Below, in pieces: positions 1 to 14,116 of a stretch of 64,000 bases of DNA. The number at the start of each line of letters is the position of its first letter. The stretch's first letter is position 1. The position numbers were made by a program, and so were the translations under genes. Source of the DNA: Amoebidium appalachense (Eukaryota > Protista > Ichthyosporea); assembly GCA_963693365.1 (NCBI GenBank), contig CAVNZM010000015.1, forward strand, positions 3,224,001 to 3,288,000, read 5' to 3'. The notes beneath the pieces are model-generated. The model had not been told where the DNA came from and searched no databases. It saw only the letters and a list, made by a program, of their open reading frames with translations.

Positions 1-422
1 CGTGTGTGGGTGTGCGTGTGTGCGGGCGTGGGTGTTTGTGGGAGTGCATGTGGGTGTCGGGGGGAGGGGAAGGGGTGGAGGAGTGTGTGTATGTGTGCAT
101 TTGTGTGCATGTGGGTGTCGGTGCATGGGTGTTTGAGGGCGTACATGTGTGTGTGTGGTTGTGCTCGGCAGGGGGGGGAGGGGGGGGGCCTGTGTGTGTG
201 GGTGTGTATGTGCATGTGTGTGGGTGTTGGTGCAGGGGTGCATGGGTGCATGGGCGGCTGGGGGAAGGAGAGGTGTGTCAGGAGGAATAGGGGGTGGAGG
301 GGAGGGGATGTAAGAGAGGCACGAGCTAATGGCAAAGGGGTTAAGGCACCCTAAAGAGTAGTTCTAAATTCGAGATTTTCCAATTGTGATAGTGTAGTAT
401 TGTTTTTAAATGGCATTCTAAC

Positions 423-468
<46 letters not shown>

Positions 469-575
469 GGGGGGGGGGGGAGGAGGGGGGGTTGTTTGTT
501 TGTTTGCTTGTTTTTTGTTTTCTTCCATCTCATTTCGTTTATTGGTTTCTTTTTTTTTTTTTTTTCTCCATGCAG

Positions 576-1507
576 AGGGAGAGGGCCAAAGCACGTGAGG
601 AGGATGAGAAAGTAGTCAAAGACCGCATTGAATTCTTGTGCCCCCGTACCCGTGTGGGCCTGATCATCGGCAGGGGGGGGGAGAAGATTAGAGAACTGCA
701 GGAAAAGAGCGGCGCTAAAATCCAGGTGGGGTTTGTGTTTGGCCCTCTCAGTCGATTTCTTTTTTTATTATTTTTTTTATATTTTTTTTAACCCTTTTCT
801 TTCTCCCAACGGCACCATATGCATTATATGCACTATATGCCTGTTTGTGTCTTTCAGGCTTTCCCCTCCCCCTGTCTGTATCCATATCTCTTCCTGTCCT
901 TTCTGTCCCCTTCTCTCTCTCTCTCTCTCTTTCTCCCTCTCTGTGTGTGTATGTGTCTCAAATCCCCTCTCTCGCCTCTCCCGCGCTTACCTTGCTCACT
1001 TTCTCTCACTTCCGCCCTCTCTCAGTCACCCGGCTCTTCTCTCTTGATAGTTTCCTTTTTCTCCCCAACGAAACCACACATGTGGTCCCACCTCCCATCC
1101 TAAAACGGCCTCTTTTTTCAACTAACACCGAGCACCCTTCCGTTTCTGCTTGCGCAACAACGCCACATTCACTTGTCCTTTTTGTAAATTTACCGAAAGT
1201 CCCGCAAATTTTTCAGGTGGTGCAAGATGGGATCCCCCCCTATGCCGAGGGCAAGCCCGTGCTTCTGACGGGTACCCGTGAGTCTGTGGAGACTGCGCGC
1301 AACATGATCCGAGATGTGATTGGTGACGGCTTCATCCTGCCCTCCAACTACAGCCTGACCGTGTTCAACAACCCCGATGGAACGAGTATGTGTTTGAATG
1401 TGTGGGTGGGTGTTTTGGCGGCGTGGTATTTGGTATTTGGTTCGGGTGTTTTTTTTGTTTGTTTCTTGTTTCTTGTTTTTTTTTTTTTTCCCTTCTTGAA
1501 GAGGAAG

Positions 1508-1558
<51 letters not shown>

Positions 1559-1783
1559 CGCACGCGCTTGATGGTGGTGGTGGTGGCCGGGGGGGGGGGG
1601 GGGGGGGTTTGAGAAGTGGTCGGGGATGATGGTGGGGTGTTTTTCTTTTTGATGCTTAACTATGGGGGGGGGGGGGGGGGGGGGGGGGGAAGTCAGCAAG
1701 ACTTCGAACACCAAATTGCCCTTCTGGTTAGTACCTTGATTTTCTCTCTATTTAAATTTTGGTGGTGGTGGTGGTTGTTGTTG

Positions 1784-1824
<41 letters not shown>

Positions 1825-2093
1825 GTGGGGAGGGGGCGGGGGGGGGGGGGGGATGGAGTGGGGGATTTCTGTGCAGACTATTTTCTAACAAGTGCGAGGT
1901 TGCAGTCGACATGGAGGTGCCAGCCGGCACTGTGGGGATGATTGTGGGCCGCAGCGGTGACACCATCAAGAACATTCAGAACGAGTCGGGGGCAAAGGTC
2001 GAGATGGAGAGGGGTACGTGTGTGAGCACTGGACACGGCACTGCACTGTGCATGCATTCCCACCCTGCAATATCCCCCTCCCTCCCTCCCTCC

Positions 2094-2178
<85 letters not shown>

Positions 2179-5100
2179 CCCTCCCCCTCTACAAACCCAT
2201 ACAGGTATGGGATTCCTGGGCAGGAATGTGTGCAGCTTTTGATTGGTTCCTGGATACGCCATATGCATGGGCCACCTTCGTGATTTGTCTTTGCCACTGG
2301 TTGATCAAAGGCCGTGGGGCCGGGAAAAAAGTATCGGGAACGAGTGTTGTTTGGTGTATGAGGCGACGGTTTTTGAATGTACGCTAGCCCTCCTCTATTC
2401 GGCCAGGTGTCCTATGTGACATTTTTTTCGGAACATGAATGTTGGATATATTTGCGCTGCGGGATTTGTCCAGTCATCAATTTGAGGCGTTTTTGGGCAG
2501 CGTATGAATGGTTCTGGCTCTATGTTAGGCTCCATGACATGGAAAAGAACCTAAAATGCTGGACACAATCTTGTGAACGCCATTCTGATTCGGTTTTTTT
2601 TTTTTTTTTTTTTTCTGATTTCTTCTTGTGCATTTCTGTTCCTGTTGTTATTTGGGTGCTCACCACCAAGCCAAAATACCCAAGCAGCCCCGAGAGCGCT
2701 CACACACCAGGCGGAGAGGGTGGGTGGCTGACGCTCCATCACCGATGGTGGTACGTCCTATGTGCGGTGGCCATGGTTGCCTTTTATGGAAGGTGCCTTA
2801 TTTGCAAGGGAATCGAATTCTCGAAATGGATGCCTCCTTATGGTGTGTTGGAAAAGGCCATTGGTGGTTCACAATGCCAGGTGTGGATAGTCTGATGATT
2901 TTCATTGGTTGCCGATGGAATGTGGAATGTCGGATCGTCCGAATTGTGTTCCGATTGTAGTCCCGATTACTGTTCTTGCAGATCATGGGTTGACGGTGTC
3001 GCTGCCTGTCCTTCTTCTTTCTTTTCTTTTCTTTTCTTTTCTTTTTTTCCCTCCCTTTCCCTGCAGCCAAAGACAGGCCCCATGCCGTGTTGGACAAAGC
3101 TCTCTAACCAGTTGCTAACGATGCCGATGGGCAGATAAAAAGAACTTTCTTCTTTTTTGGTTGTTTACTGACGGGTATGATTGGCTCGCAGCGGACAACA
3201 ACACGCCCGTGCGCGCCGTCAAGATCTCCGGTGAGGCGGAGGGAGTGAAGAAGGCCTTTGATAAGATTCTGGCCATCATCATGGAGGTGTGTAGTTTTTT
3301 ATTCTTTATTTTATTTTATTTTATTTTGTTTGTTTGTTTGTTTGTTTGCTTGTTTTTGTTTTTGTTTGTTTTCTTTTTTTTGATTCCCCCAAAGGAGCAG
3401 GTCACGCTAAGACCACTGCTGTTGCGGTACCTTTTCTTGTGTTTCGTAGTCATGTGTGGTTTCCTTTGGTTGTATCCTCAAAATCAAGAATTGTTTACGT
3501 AAAGACCTGTGGCCTTGTACTTCATTTCATCTTTCATACTGCATTGTCTTGGTTCGTTTGCTTCCTTCCTTTCATCCATGCGTGTGAATGCACTCCTAAA
3601 GCCTGCCCATGCGGCATATTCTTGTATGTTGCTTTTGCAATTCTATGTCATTCAAACCATCTTTGTTGTTTGATCGCTAAATCTCACCCTCTGTTTCTGG
3701 TGTACGCTGTGCTACATTTAATGGCACCCTCTCCCCCCCGAAGTCCCCTTTTTAAAGAAAAAAGGTTAACTTAAGAACAAGTTAACGAAGAGTGGTTAAA
3801 GTAATGTACTTGTACATTTATTTTCAGGCCCGGCGCCGTGACGAGCAAGGTGGCCGGGGGGTGGGTGCCATGAATATGCCTACCGAGACCCACGTATTTG
3901 CGGTGCCGGCAAACAGGGTCGGTCTGGTTATCGGCAAAGGTATGTGTGCTCACTGCTAGTGCACACAGTGAATTTGGTGCACACAGTGGATTCGGTGCAT
4001 AGAGTACTTACGGTGCTTACACTGAAAACGGCAACCAATCAGAACAAAGAAAGGCCTTTGCAATTGTATGATTGGCCGCCATGGTTCGATCTATGAAATT
4101 AAGTTTGCTTCACTCAGATTTCCGGGTGCCGGCCAGAAGACTGCCATGCAATCGTATCGCAAACTCTGCCTTGTTCTGATTGGAGGCCGCTTTCAGTGCA
4201 AGCATTGTAGATACAAAGGTGCATGCTGCAAAGAATGAATGGAATTGGTGTCGGGGTAGAAGGGGGGGGAAAGTTTTACTTGCCGGTGAAAAATTCACGT
4301 TTAGCGAGCATTCTGATAGATGAAGCCACAGTAGGCCGGATTAGCGATGCCAATATTTCCTTGGTAATATCATGAGATAGATATGATAATAGTTGGTTGT
4401 GATTATGTCGTCGCCAATGAGAAAGACACAGCTACCACTGCAATATTTGTGGTCATGATGTATCGTTTGAATTGTGTATATGTGTTGTGTGGATTGTGGA
4501 AACCGTGCTGTGCTCGAGCATGTGAGCTTTTCTGTTTTCCTCTTGTGCTGTAGCGGAATCCTTGTTTGCTCAACACTCCTCCCTGCCTTGCCTTCCATTC
4601 ACACACACGCACACACACTCACACACTCGCATACAATTACACACATACACACACACACACATACACATATACGTGCATACGTGCTCGTGCGTGCACACAC
4701 ACACACAGGCGGTGAGACCATCCACAAGATCCAGGACAAGACGGGGGCCAAGATTCAGCTCGACCAAAACGTGCCCCCCGGTGCCATGGAGAAGAAATTC
4801 ATGATCACAGGTATGTGCCTACCTCTGTGTCGATATTATCCCCCCGCCGCTCAACACACACAGTGAGATACACACACGGGCGCGTGCACACAACACAAAA
4901 CGCACGCGAAAATACCTATAGGGTGGGGTGGGAGCGGGGCTCATCCTGTCTCCCCACCGCTCAAAACACACGCACACGTACACGCACAAGCAACCCACGA
5001 AAATACTTAGGGTTGGGGCGGGGGCAGGGGCGGGAATGGGGGGTGGGGGTGGGTGCTGTGTGGTTGTGTGGTTGTGTGGGAGTGTTTTTTTCTTTTTTTT

Positions 5101-5357
5101 GATTTTTTTTTTTTTTTTCGATATTTTTTTTTCGCACCGGGGGGGGGGGGGGGGGGGGGATGGGAGAGGACTTTTTTATTTTTAGTTAGCTGGACTTTGC
5201 TAATCGACGTGATATCCAGGCACGATGGACCAAATCGAGTTTGCCAAGAGGATGATTTGGGAGCGTGTGGGTGAGGTCAGTGTTCCCTTCCCCCCTTCTC
5301 CCCACAACATGATCAAATGTCGATTTAAACACCGCTGAATTGCCTACCGATTACCGT

Positions 5358-5390
<33 letters not shown>

Positions 5391-5677
5391 ATCCTCCTCC
5401 TCGTCCCCGGCCCCGGCCCCAAGCGGTCGGACTCGCCTATTGCTGTTGAAACAAAATATGGGTTGGGAACCATGCACAGGGGGTTAAAGAGGTGAAACCC
5501 ATTCTTTTGTGGAGGCATAGAAATCCCCCTGATGATGGGCTCTGTTCAGGTGTCTTCTGCCTGCACGCTCAAATAGTTTGAGATTTCGGGGTTCCTTCAT
5601 TTTTGTGACGTTTTGTATTTTGTCCGTTGTTGTCTCCCTCGTATTTCCAACCCTCTAACACATACATCACCCCCCCC

Positions 5678-5708
<31 letters not shown>

Positions 5709-6144
5709 ACACACATGTGGATGACGTGGGCCCCCCTGAGGATGGGCTCTGCTTATTATGCATACTCTTTATGTATGGCTTGCATTCTGCATCGTGTTAT
5801 CCGTTTGTTCTTGTGTACTTCGTACTTTTTGACGCATTCAAAACCCCCCCCCTCACACACACGCGATAGGATCTTTTTTTGCTGCAAACCCTTTTGTGTA
5901 TGCTTTGCAAAGGATGCATCATGCTGTCCATTCTGAATGCGTACTTTTTATAGAACCCCCCCCCCCCCCCCCTCTCCCCGCGGTACCTCCCCCACAATCT
6001 TGCATTAAAACCCCCCTTTTTTCAGCCCATACCTATGCCCCGGTCATTCCGTGTGGGTGGTGGCCCCGCTGGTCCGGGCTTTGGTGGGCCCCAGGGCAAC
6101 CAGGCTGGCCCACCCCAGCAGCAGTTTGGAGGGTTCGAACCCCC

Positions 6145-6175
<31 letters not shown>

Positions 6176-6702
6176 AAAAAAAAAAAAAAACCCGCACACA
6201 CGCGCCTTCCCTCCAACTCTTGTCTTTTTCTCCTTATCTCTCCCTCTCTCCCTCTCTCTCTCTCTCTCTCGCTCGCTCCCCCCCCCCCCCCCCCCCCCTC
6301 CCCTCTTGCTTCTGCTTACTGCTGCAACTTTAACCCCCGGCCTTTCCCACTGCCCTTGCCTGCATAAGCAACCCTGCTCGTCTCTGATCAAGACGGGTGA
6401 CCTACTCATGTTCAAGTGAAACAGTATCTGAGTTGGGTTTCGTTAACGAGGGGAATAGGTCGAAACTCGGGTACTGTGGATGACGTGGGCCCCCCCTGAG
6501 GATGGGCTCTGCTTATTATGCATACTCTTTATGTATGGCTTGCATTCTGCATCGTGTTATCCGTTTGTTCTTGTGTACTTCGTACTTTTTAACGCATTCA
6601 AAAACCCCCCCCCCCCCCCCCCCCCCTTTTTTTTTTTTTGGTGTTTCGGTGTGTGTGTGTGTGTGTGTAGTGGTGTTGGTTGTGTGTGTGTAGTGGTGTT
6701 GG

Positions 6703-6736
<34 letters not shown>

Positions 6737-7089
6737 TGGTGGTGGTGGTGGTTGTGTGTGTGCGTGTAAATTCTGTGTGTGTGTGTGTGTCCGGGGGAGG
6801 GGGAAGGGGGGGAAGGAGGGTATGATTTAAGACTGAATGCAAATCAACAGTCACTGTGCCCACACTTTTTTATTTCTTGCTTGTCGGTGTGTGACGTACA
6901 TAAACCCATGTAAATCCCAACAATATGTAGCCCATAAACTTATATAAATCCCAACAATTTTCTGTAAATACATAAACCCGTATAGTTCCTTACATTTTTC
7001 GGTATCTTGCAGCTACAACAACCGCGGAGGCCCAGGCTTCAACCAGGGAGGCTACGGTGGCCCAGCCCAACAGCGCCAGCAGTATGGTA

Positions 7090-7136
<47 letters not shown>

Positions 7137-8732
7137 GATGCATGCACCTTTCCCCCGTTCCCCCTTTTAAAGCACAAACACAAATAAGCACGTTCATGCA
7201 GGTATGCGTATGTATCTACCCACCCCCCATCGCCCCTCCTTCCGTCAACAAACGAAGAAACGAAGAAAGAAAAGGAAATAGAAGAAGAGCGAGAAGGGCA
7301 TCTGCATAGATGTGCACACTCAAAGCATGCCCACACGTGCACGCATGCATGTACACGCGGATAGGTTTTGAGCATATGTGTGGGTTGGAACTCGTGGTCG
7401 CAAGGGTTGGGTATTGAGTTGGGTTTCCCGCCACAAGTGCTTACGGAACAGGCACACGTACGTAGTCGTGTACTTGCGCATACACACGGACAGACATGTA
7501 CGTGTGGCACAGGGACACAGGGACACAAAAGGACCAAGCACAGGCCAAGCCATGTTGTGCATCTCTCACCTTCTCACCTACACCTCCCATCACAACACAA
7601 ACACACACACACACACGCGCTCACACATTCAAACACACACACACACACACACACAGGCCAGTACGGGCAGAACGGTGCGGATCAACAACAGTGGGGTGGG
7701 CAGCAGCAGCAGCAGCAGCAGGGGCAGTGGGGAGCCAATCAAAATCAAGGACAGGGACAGTGGGGAGCCAATCAAAATCAAGGACAGGTGTGGGGAGCCA
7801 ATCAAAATCAAGGACAGGGGTGGGGAGCCAATCAGAATCAGGGACAGAACCAGTATGGGAACCAGGCCCAGCAGCAGGGGCAGTGGGGGCAGTGGGGTGG
7901 CCAGCAGCAGCCCCAGGCACAGGGTACGTGTGTGTGTGTACGTGTGTGGGTGTGGGTGGGTGGGTGTGTGCATGTACGTGTGTGTGTGTGTGTGTGTGCA
8001 TGTACATGTGTGTGTGGGTGGGTGGGTGTGTGCATGTACGTGTGTGTGTGTGTACATGTACATGTGTGTGTGTGTGTGTGTGTGTGCATGTACGTGTGGG
8101 GGTGGGGGTGGGGGGCTATTTTCGTTTGTGTGGTGTGTGTGCGTGCATGGGTGAGCATGTATGGGCTCAGGGGGTGTACGTGTGTTTGTGGGTTCGCATG
8201 TACGTGTGCATGGGTTTGCATGTGAAAAAACGTATGTGGGTGCATGTACGTTTGTGTGGGCACAGGATGTGTGCCTTGTGGGGATTAAAACTTGTCCCGG
8301 GGAGTGGGGAGGGAGGGCGGGGGGGGTTTGACATTCGGTGCACGTATATGGCGAAGAAGGGGAGGGGGGGGGGGGGTAGGATATATGGAATCTCATATTT
8401 TAAGGAAGATGGACAAGCAAAAAGACAACACTTAGATGGTTGCTCACGATCACCATTGAAGGAGGTTGGGGGGCAGGTGGCGAAGTCAAGAAGGAAGCAG
8501 TCCCGCCCGTGCAGGCACAAGGACAGGCACAGGAGGGAGGCAACCAGTGGGGGGGCGCATGGCAGCAATACTACGGCCAAAACGGGCAGAATAACGTCGG
8601 ACAGCAGCAGGCGGGGGGGATGCAGGGACAGGGACAAGCACAGGGACAGGCGCAGGGGCAAGGGCAGGGTGGACAGCAGGGTGGAGACTACTCGCAGCAG
8701 TGGGGTAGGTGTTTTGTGTGTGTGTGGGGGGG

Positions 8733-8770
<38 letters not shown>

Positions 8771-8906
8771 CGTCCGGTGCTGGTGTTGGTGTTGGTATTG
8801 CTGTTGGCCTGTGTTTGAGCTCTTGCAGAGAGTCGGGGCCTGATTTTTTGTTTTGACCATATCTAACAGTCTTAATCCCCCATCCCCCTCGACGCCTCCT
8901 CCTCAT

Positions 8907-8950
<44 letters not shown>

Positions 8951-9222
8951 AGCTGCCTACTACCAGCAGTACTACAACCAGCAGGGTGGCCAGGCCGGCC
9001 AGCAGCAGGGCCAGCAGCAGGTGTGTTTTGATTCGCTCGTGCATGGGTTGCGGAATTTGATTGGTTGTCGTACATTCCTGAATCCTGAGCCGATGGTTCA
9101 CCGAATTTGTTCCATCGTCTTTGGCTATCTTGTATGCACATGTCTTATGTATGCACACACATGCGCGCGCACACACACACTCACCCTCTCTCTCCCCCCT
9201 CTCTCTCTCCCCCTCCCTCCCT

Positions 9223-9306
<84 letters not shown>

Positions 9307-9468
9307 TCTCTTCCACAGACTACAAGATTGCCTTTTTGCATTCATTCTTTTAAGGTGAAAAAAAGTAAACGGTCAATCTGACTTTTTTTTGCACAGTGGA
9401 CGCCGGAACAGATCCAGCAGTGGTACGCACAGAACGGCCAGCAGGCACCAAAGACGGAGGGCATGTAG
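576..9468 (+). CDS. FUBP: FUBP/KHSRP(PSI)-like KH-domain RNA/ssDNA-binding protein, 5'-partial (start upstream of window)
   Basis: Phase-consistent GT-AG exons: 576-725, 1217-1385, 1906-2013, 3192-3286, 3828-3939, 4709-4810, 5220-5275, 6026-6132, 7013-7086, 7657-7923, ~8462-8704 (alternative acceptor 8477), 8953-9020, 9397-9468 (TAG). Three KH GxxG motifs ([25 protein letters not shown]; [24 protein letters not shown]; [25 protein letters not shown]), a Q/G-rich tail, and the FUBP tyrosine-rich motif [14 protein letters not shown] formed across the 8704/8953 junction. Confidence 0.9.
5716..6603 (+). repeat. Near-identical 128-bp direct repeat pair (5716-5843, 6475-6603) in the two introns flanking FUBP exon 6026-6132; member of a dispersed short-element family
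   Basis: One substitution and one extra C distinguish the copies. Diverged relatives with the core CCCCTGA(G/T)GATGGGCTCTG at ~5446-5565, 23192-23247, 23362-23380, 32991-33078 and inverted at ~50590-50636. Confidence 0.85.
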
Positions 9469-9539
9469 TGATTCTATTTGCATGTACAAGTTGATGACTT
9501 TTTTGGTGTTGTACTTAACAGTGTGATGGGTTGGTGTTT

Positions 9540-9584
<45 letters not shown>

Positions 9585-10189
9585 CCTAAGGATGGGAGAA
9601 GGGATGTGTTTTTGACGTATTTTGTTCCATCGAGAGGGGGGGGGGGGGGGGGTGCCTCTAAAACCTTGAGGGGGTGCTTGTATAAAGGCGAGATGAAAGA
9701 AGCATTTATTTGGGATCTTCTGGTGAGCTTTGTTAAAACATCTATAACACGTTTTTGCTGGTTCTTCTGTCATCACCTGTAGAATCTATGACCAAGCTTT
9801 GCACCCATATCTCCCCTCCCTCCACCTCACCACCCTCGTGTCAAAAGGGGGAAAAAAAAAAAAAATAAGATGATGAGAGTTGTTTTGCGTTTCACCTCTT
9901 CGTCCTTAGTGGCAACATAGCCGTGCAGCAATGCTCTTTTGGTGGATTTTCATACCGATTGTTTCGTTTTCCTTAAAAGTTTCCTGTGTCGGTATCTTGG
10001 TTTGTTGTTGCTTAAAGTGCAGAGTTGACGTTTTTCCTGTTATAGTTTTGGCGTAATATTATAAAGAATAGGCTGAGTACTCTAATCTGGTCATAAGTTT
10101 ATAGCTTGAAACTATCTCTATGTGCCCAACCATTTCATTTCCTGCAATTATGTTTGTTCGTGCGGTCAGGAATCCGGAAACAGGAAGCA

Positions 10190-10276
10190 GAGCAGCACGA
10201 AGAACACACGTCACTTCGTTTAATAGTTCGTGCGGAGCAGCACGAAGAACACACGTCACTTCGTTTAATAGTTCGT
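10190..10276 (+). repeat. Tandem duplication, 45-bp period, 42 bp identical
   Basis: GAGCAGCACGAAGAACACACGTCACTTCGTTTAATAGTTCGT at 10190-10231 and 10235-10276. Confidence 0.9.
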
Positions 10277-10971
10277 TTAAGTTCAAAAAAAAAACTGTAC
10301 CTGTAAGCAGAGCAACAAACATAAAAGCCTTACTAACGGCAGTGTGCGTGTGTTCGTGTGTGCATGGGTGTGTGTGGATGCTTGCTTGCTGAGCCTCGTG
10401 TGTGCATGGGTGTGGGCCTTTTTTTGTGTGTGTGTGTGTGTGTGGGAAGGGGGGGGGGGGGGGGGTTACCTGTAAAAAATACATGTACGTACAAGTCCGG
10501 TCAATGCCCACACACTGATTTTATACTTACACCTGGGACTACTATTAGTTGCTGGCATTTCGTTGAGCCTGAATATTAATCCTGGCCGAATCGATATCAG
10601 TGCATGCGCAGGCACATGTACACGTACACCCACAAATCTAAGCCGAGTAGAAAACCCGAAGTCATCAACGGTGCATCGATATGATCATGCACAATCATTA
10701 TGTGCGTAGGTGTAACCATACTTGATATGGCTGCTGAAGCGCACACACACTAGACACGACTCGCACTCAAACTCACACCCATACACGTGTATGTGTACAC
10801 TGACACACACACACAGGACGTGCATACGCATATTGCACACACATGCACAGAATTGCACACGCAGCAGGCACACGCACTCACTCACACACAGTACACACAC
10901 ACACACACGTATGCGCACACATGCATGCCATACAGTTGTATGATCAGTACTGAGAAGTGTTCTGGGCGCTT

Positions 10972-11152
10972 GAGAAATTATTCACGGCGCATAAGCAGAA
11001 TTATTCCGCAAACACAGAATTCTTATCCTGCCTTTGAAGCAGAATTATTGTGTATATGCAGAATTATCCTGCCTATAAGGTGCCTTACTGCAGAATTATT
11101 GTGCAGATGTAGAATTATCCTGCCTTTAATGCAGAATTATCCTGCAAATGCA
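10972..11152. repeat. Degenerate array of GCAGAATTAT(T/C)CTGC palindromic units (MITE-internal family)
   Basis: About 7-8 units GCAGAATTAT... at roughly 20-30 bp spacing, the same motif as 56261-56459. Confidence 0.7.
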
Positions 11153-11331
11153 CAGTGCCAGGCAGACATCATAATGATTCTCAGCACATATGGATTCACG
11201 CATGTTCATGACACCACCACGGTAGGCTAAGCTATGGAGATATAGACACAAACACATCACTAGAACATACGCCGGGAGGCTAGGGCGGGGATATGTGCAG
11301 TGTTTATTTATTAATTTATTTTTTATACTTT

Positions 11332-11362
<31 letters not shown>

Positions 11363-11556
11363 TTTGTGGGGGGGCGGGGGCCGGGGGGGGGGGGGGGGGT
11401 CAACGGTATTATTTGAATGGCATCTGACTACACAACACATGTACATGTACACCAGTTGTTCGCGATCGTTACACTGAGATGGTGTAAGAAGACGTGTATG
11501 AGACGGTGTGTGCGTGTGTGAGCGGGGCCAGCCCCAGCCTAGGCAGTCGGGGGCGG

Positions 11557-11597
<41 letters not shown>

Positions 11598-12626
11598 GGG
11601 GGGGGGGGGGGGGGGGTTGAATGCAACCTGAAACTTTGGGCATGTCTTCCGAATGGGCATATCATTCAGAAGCAAATTATCCCTCTTCCGATTTCGGCAC
11701 CTAACTTCGGATCCGGACGCCTATGTGGGGCGGGGGGGGGGGGGGGGGGGGGGGGGGGGTTTGAGTCTGATTACACGGTACACACAAGGGGCCCAGTAGG
11801 TGGGGATATGTGCATGCATTTAGTATTAAATGTGCATACGTATTGAAAAGAGGGGCCCGGGGGGGGGGGGGGGGGGGGGGGGCTGGCCGGTGGATGAGTG
11901 AGAGAGAGTGAGCCAGTGTGTCACAGTGTGCGTGTGTGTGTGTGTGTCACAGTGTGTGTGTGTGTGTGTGTGTGCGCGTGTGTGTGTGCGCGTGACACTG
12001 TGTGTGTGTGTGTGAGGGAAGGGGGAGGGCAACCTAAAAACATGATGCCATGTCTTCATGCATTGATTGTGATCAATGGGGTTTGAAAAGGTTAGCACTC
12101 GATTTATTTCACCCGACCGGCACATTACCGTAAGTATATTACCTCGCTCAGTTTACCACATACACTACACCACAATCTTTACTTAACCTGCAATCGCACA
12201 GGCTACAACATTTATTTACAAAACAGCATGAATCCTCTTGCTTTGCTCTTACAATTTAGCTTACCAAATTACAGAAGGCGAATCTGTTCTGGATCGCTTT
12301 TACATTTCCACAAGAGTTAAAGAGTCTAATCTCAATCGCTGGACATCTATCGATTATGTCCGTTTGCAAAAGCGATATAAAAAAAACCCCCCAAAACAAA
12401 AAGAAATACCACCATGTATCGACTAAATGCATATCGATTGCATGCACCTAATGGTATGTGGCAGTGTGCAAATCTCAAAAAGGCAACCGCTAGAACGTTA
12501 ACATTTTATATGCACATGTGGGTGGGTAGGTATGGTGTGTATGTGTGTGTGTGTGGGGGGTGCTTGAACCAAAACAAATTCACATATCAAAGGGGGGCAC
12601 TCTAAATAACCTTAAAGAAACCCAAC

Positions 12627-13545
12627 TCACAGGGACTTTAACCACTCAGCAGCCGCGACCACCTCCTCCCTCGCTTCCATCACCGCCACTGGTCCAACCA
12701 ACATGCCCAACACCCCATGGAAGCAACCCTTCATGAACTTAAAGCTCACGTTTACCCCCGTTTCCTTTAACTTATTCATGTACTCGATCCCCTCCGACAA
12801 TAGCACGTCGTATTCGCACACAGCAACATACGCAGGGGGCAAACCCTTAAAGGATTTCGCTCGGAGGGGGAGAAGAATCGGGTCGTCGAGATTTTGACCC
12901 ACGGGGATATAATTCGACCAGAACCATATCATCAGATCGCGGGATAATAGCGTATTTTCGCCAAATTTCCTCACGCTTTCAGTGAGAAAATTCGTGTCGA
13001 CGGCTGGATATAACAACATCTGCCCGGCCAGGCGGTATCTCTCGTCGTCTCCGTGTTTTTTCCGAAACATGTGCGTCATTGCCGCGGAAAGCGCGCCCCC
13101 CGCGCTATCCCCCCCAACCACCACCTTTTTTGGGTCGATTCCCATTCCCGCCGCGTTTTCGATCACGTGTTTTGTGACGTCATAGCATGCGTTGGGGGCC
13201 ACCGGGTACTTGTGTTCGGGCGAGAGCGGGTATTCGACCGAAATCACGATGTAATCGCTCTTTGCCGATAGGATCTGGCAGATCGGGTCGTGCGATTCGA
13301 CGCTTGATATGGTCCACCCGCCACCGTGGATGTATATGAGAGCCCCGCGTGGTGATTGGCTAGGGGTCATGGGTTCGTAGACGCGAACGGGGACATTTCC
13401 CGCACCCATAAAGGTGTCGTGTATCTGCGGGGAGGAGGCGGAGGGGGTGAGTGGGTAGGTGGGTAGGTGGGTATGTGTGTGTGTGTGTGTGTGTTTGTGT
13501 GTGTGTGTTTGGGGGGGGGGGGGGGGGTATGTGTGTGTGTGGGTA

Positions 13546-13576
<31 letters not shown>

Positions 13577-13923
13577 GAGGGGGGAGGGGGGGGGGCATAG
13601 GATTGGGCTGAAGTGACTGTGTGGTGGCAGCGGCCGCCAGGGGGAGGGAGGGGGAGGGGGGAGACGTGGAGTAAATAGGTGGTGAGAGGAGGGGAAGAGG
13701 CAGGGGGAGGGAAGAATAGGGAAGACGGGGGAAGGGTGGGGGACAGGGAGGGGAGGGATGTGATTACGGGGAAGGGGAGAGGGGGAGAGGGGTGTCAGAG
13801 GCTGGGGAAAAAAGAGTTCGAAAATGAAGAGTAGGAAGGTGTGGGAAAGTTAATTGTTTGGTGAAGTATTGGGGTTCGTGGCTGGTGTTTGTGTTTGTCG
13901 TGTATGTGTGTGAGCACGAGTCT

Positions 13924-14010
<87 letters not shown>

Positions 14011-14081
14011 GTGTGTATGGAGCAGGGTCTTGTGGTGATCATGACAAGAGCTTCCTTGATGAGCGATTGATTTGTGTTTTA

Positions 14082-14116
<35 letters not shown>

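Noticed and set aside
2200-3140. ORFs or C/D snoRNA in the unique-sequence part of a FUBP intron
   Set aside because: No protein motif. TGATGA at 2893 has no properly spaced CTGA box D or terminal stem.
12620-12632. GTGAGT donor overlapping the esterase stop codon, implying an extra exon
   Set aside because: The hydrolase fold is already complete at this point and no downstream exon could be identified. It cannot be excluded without RNA data.
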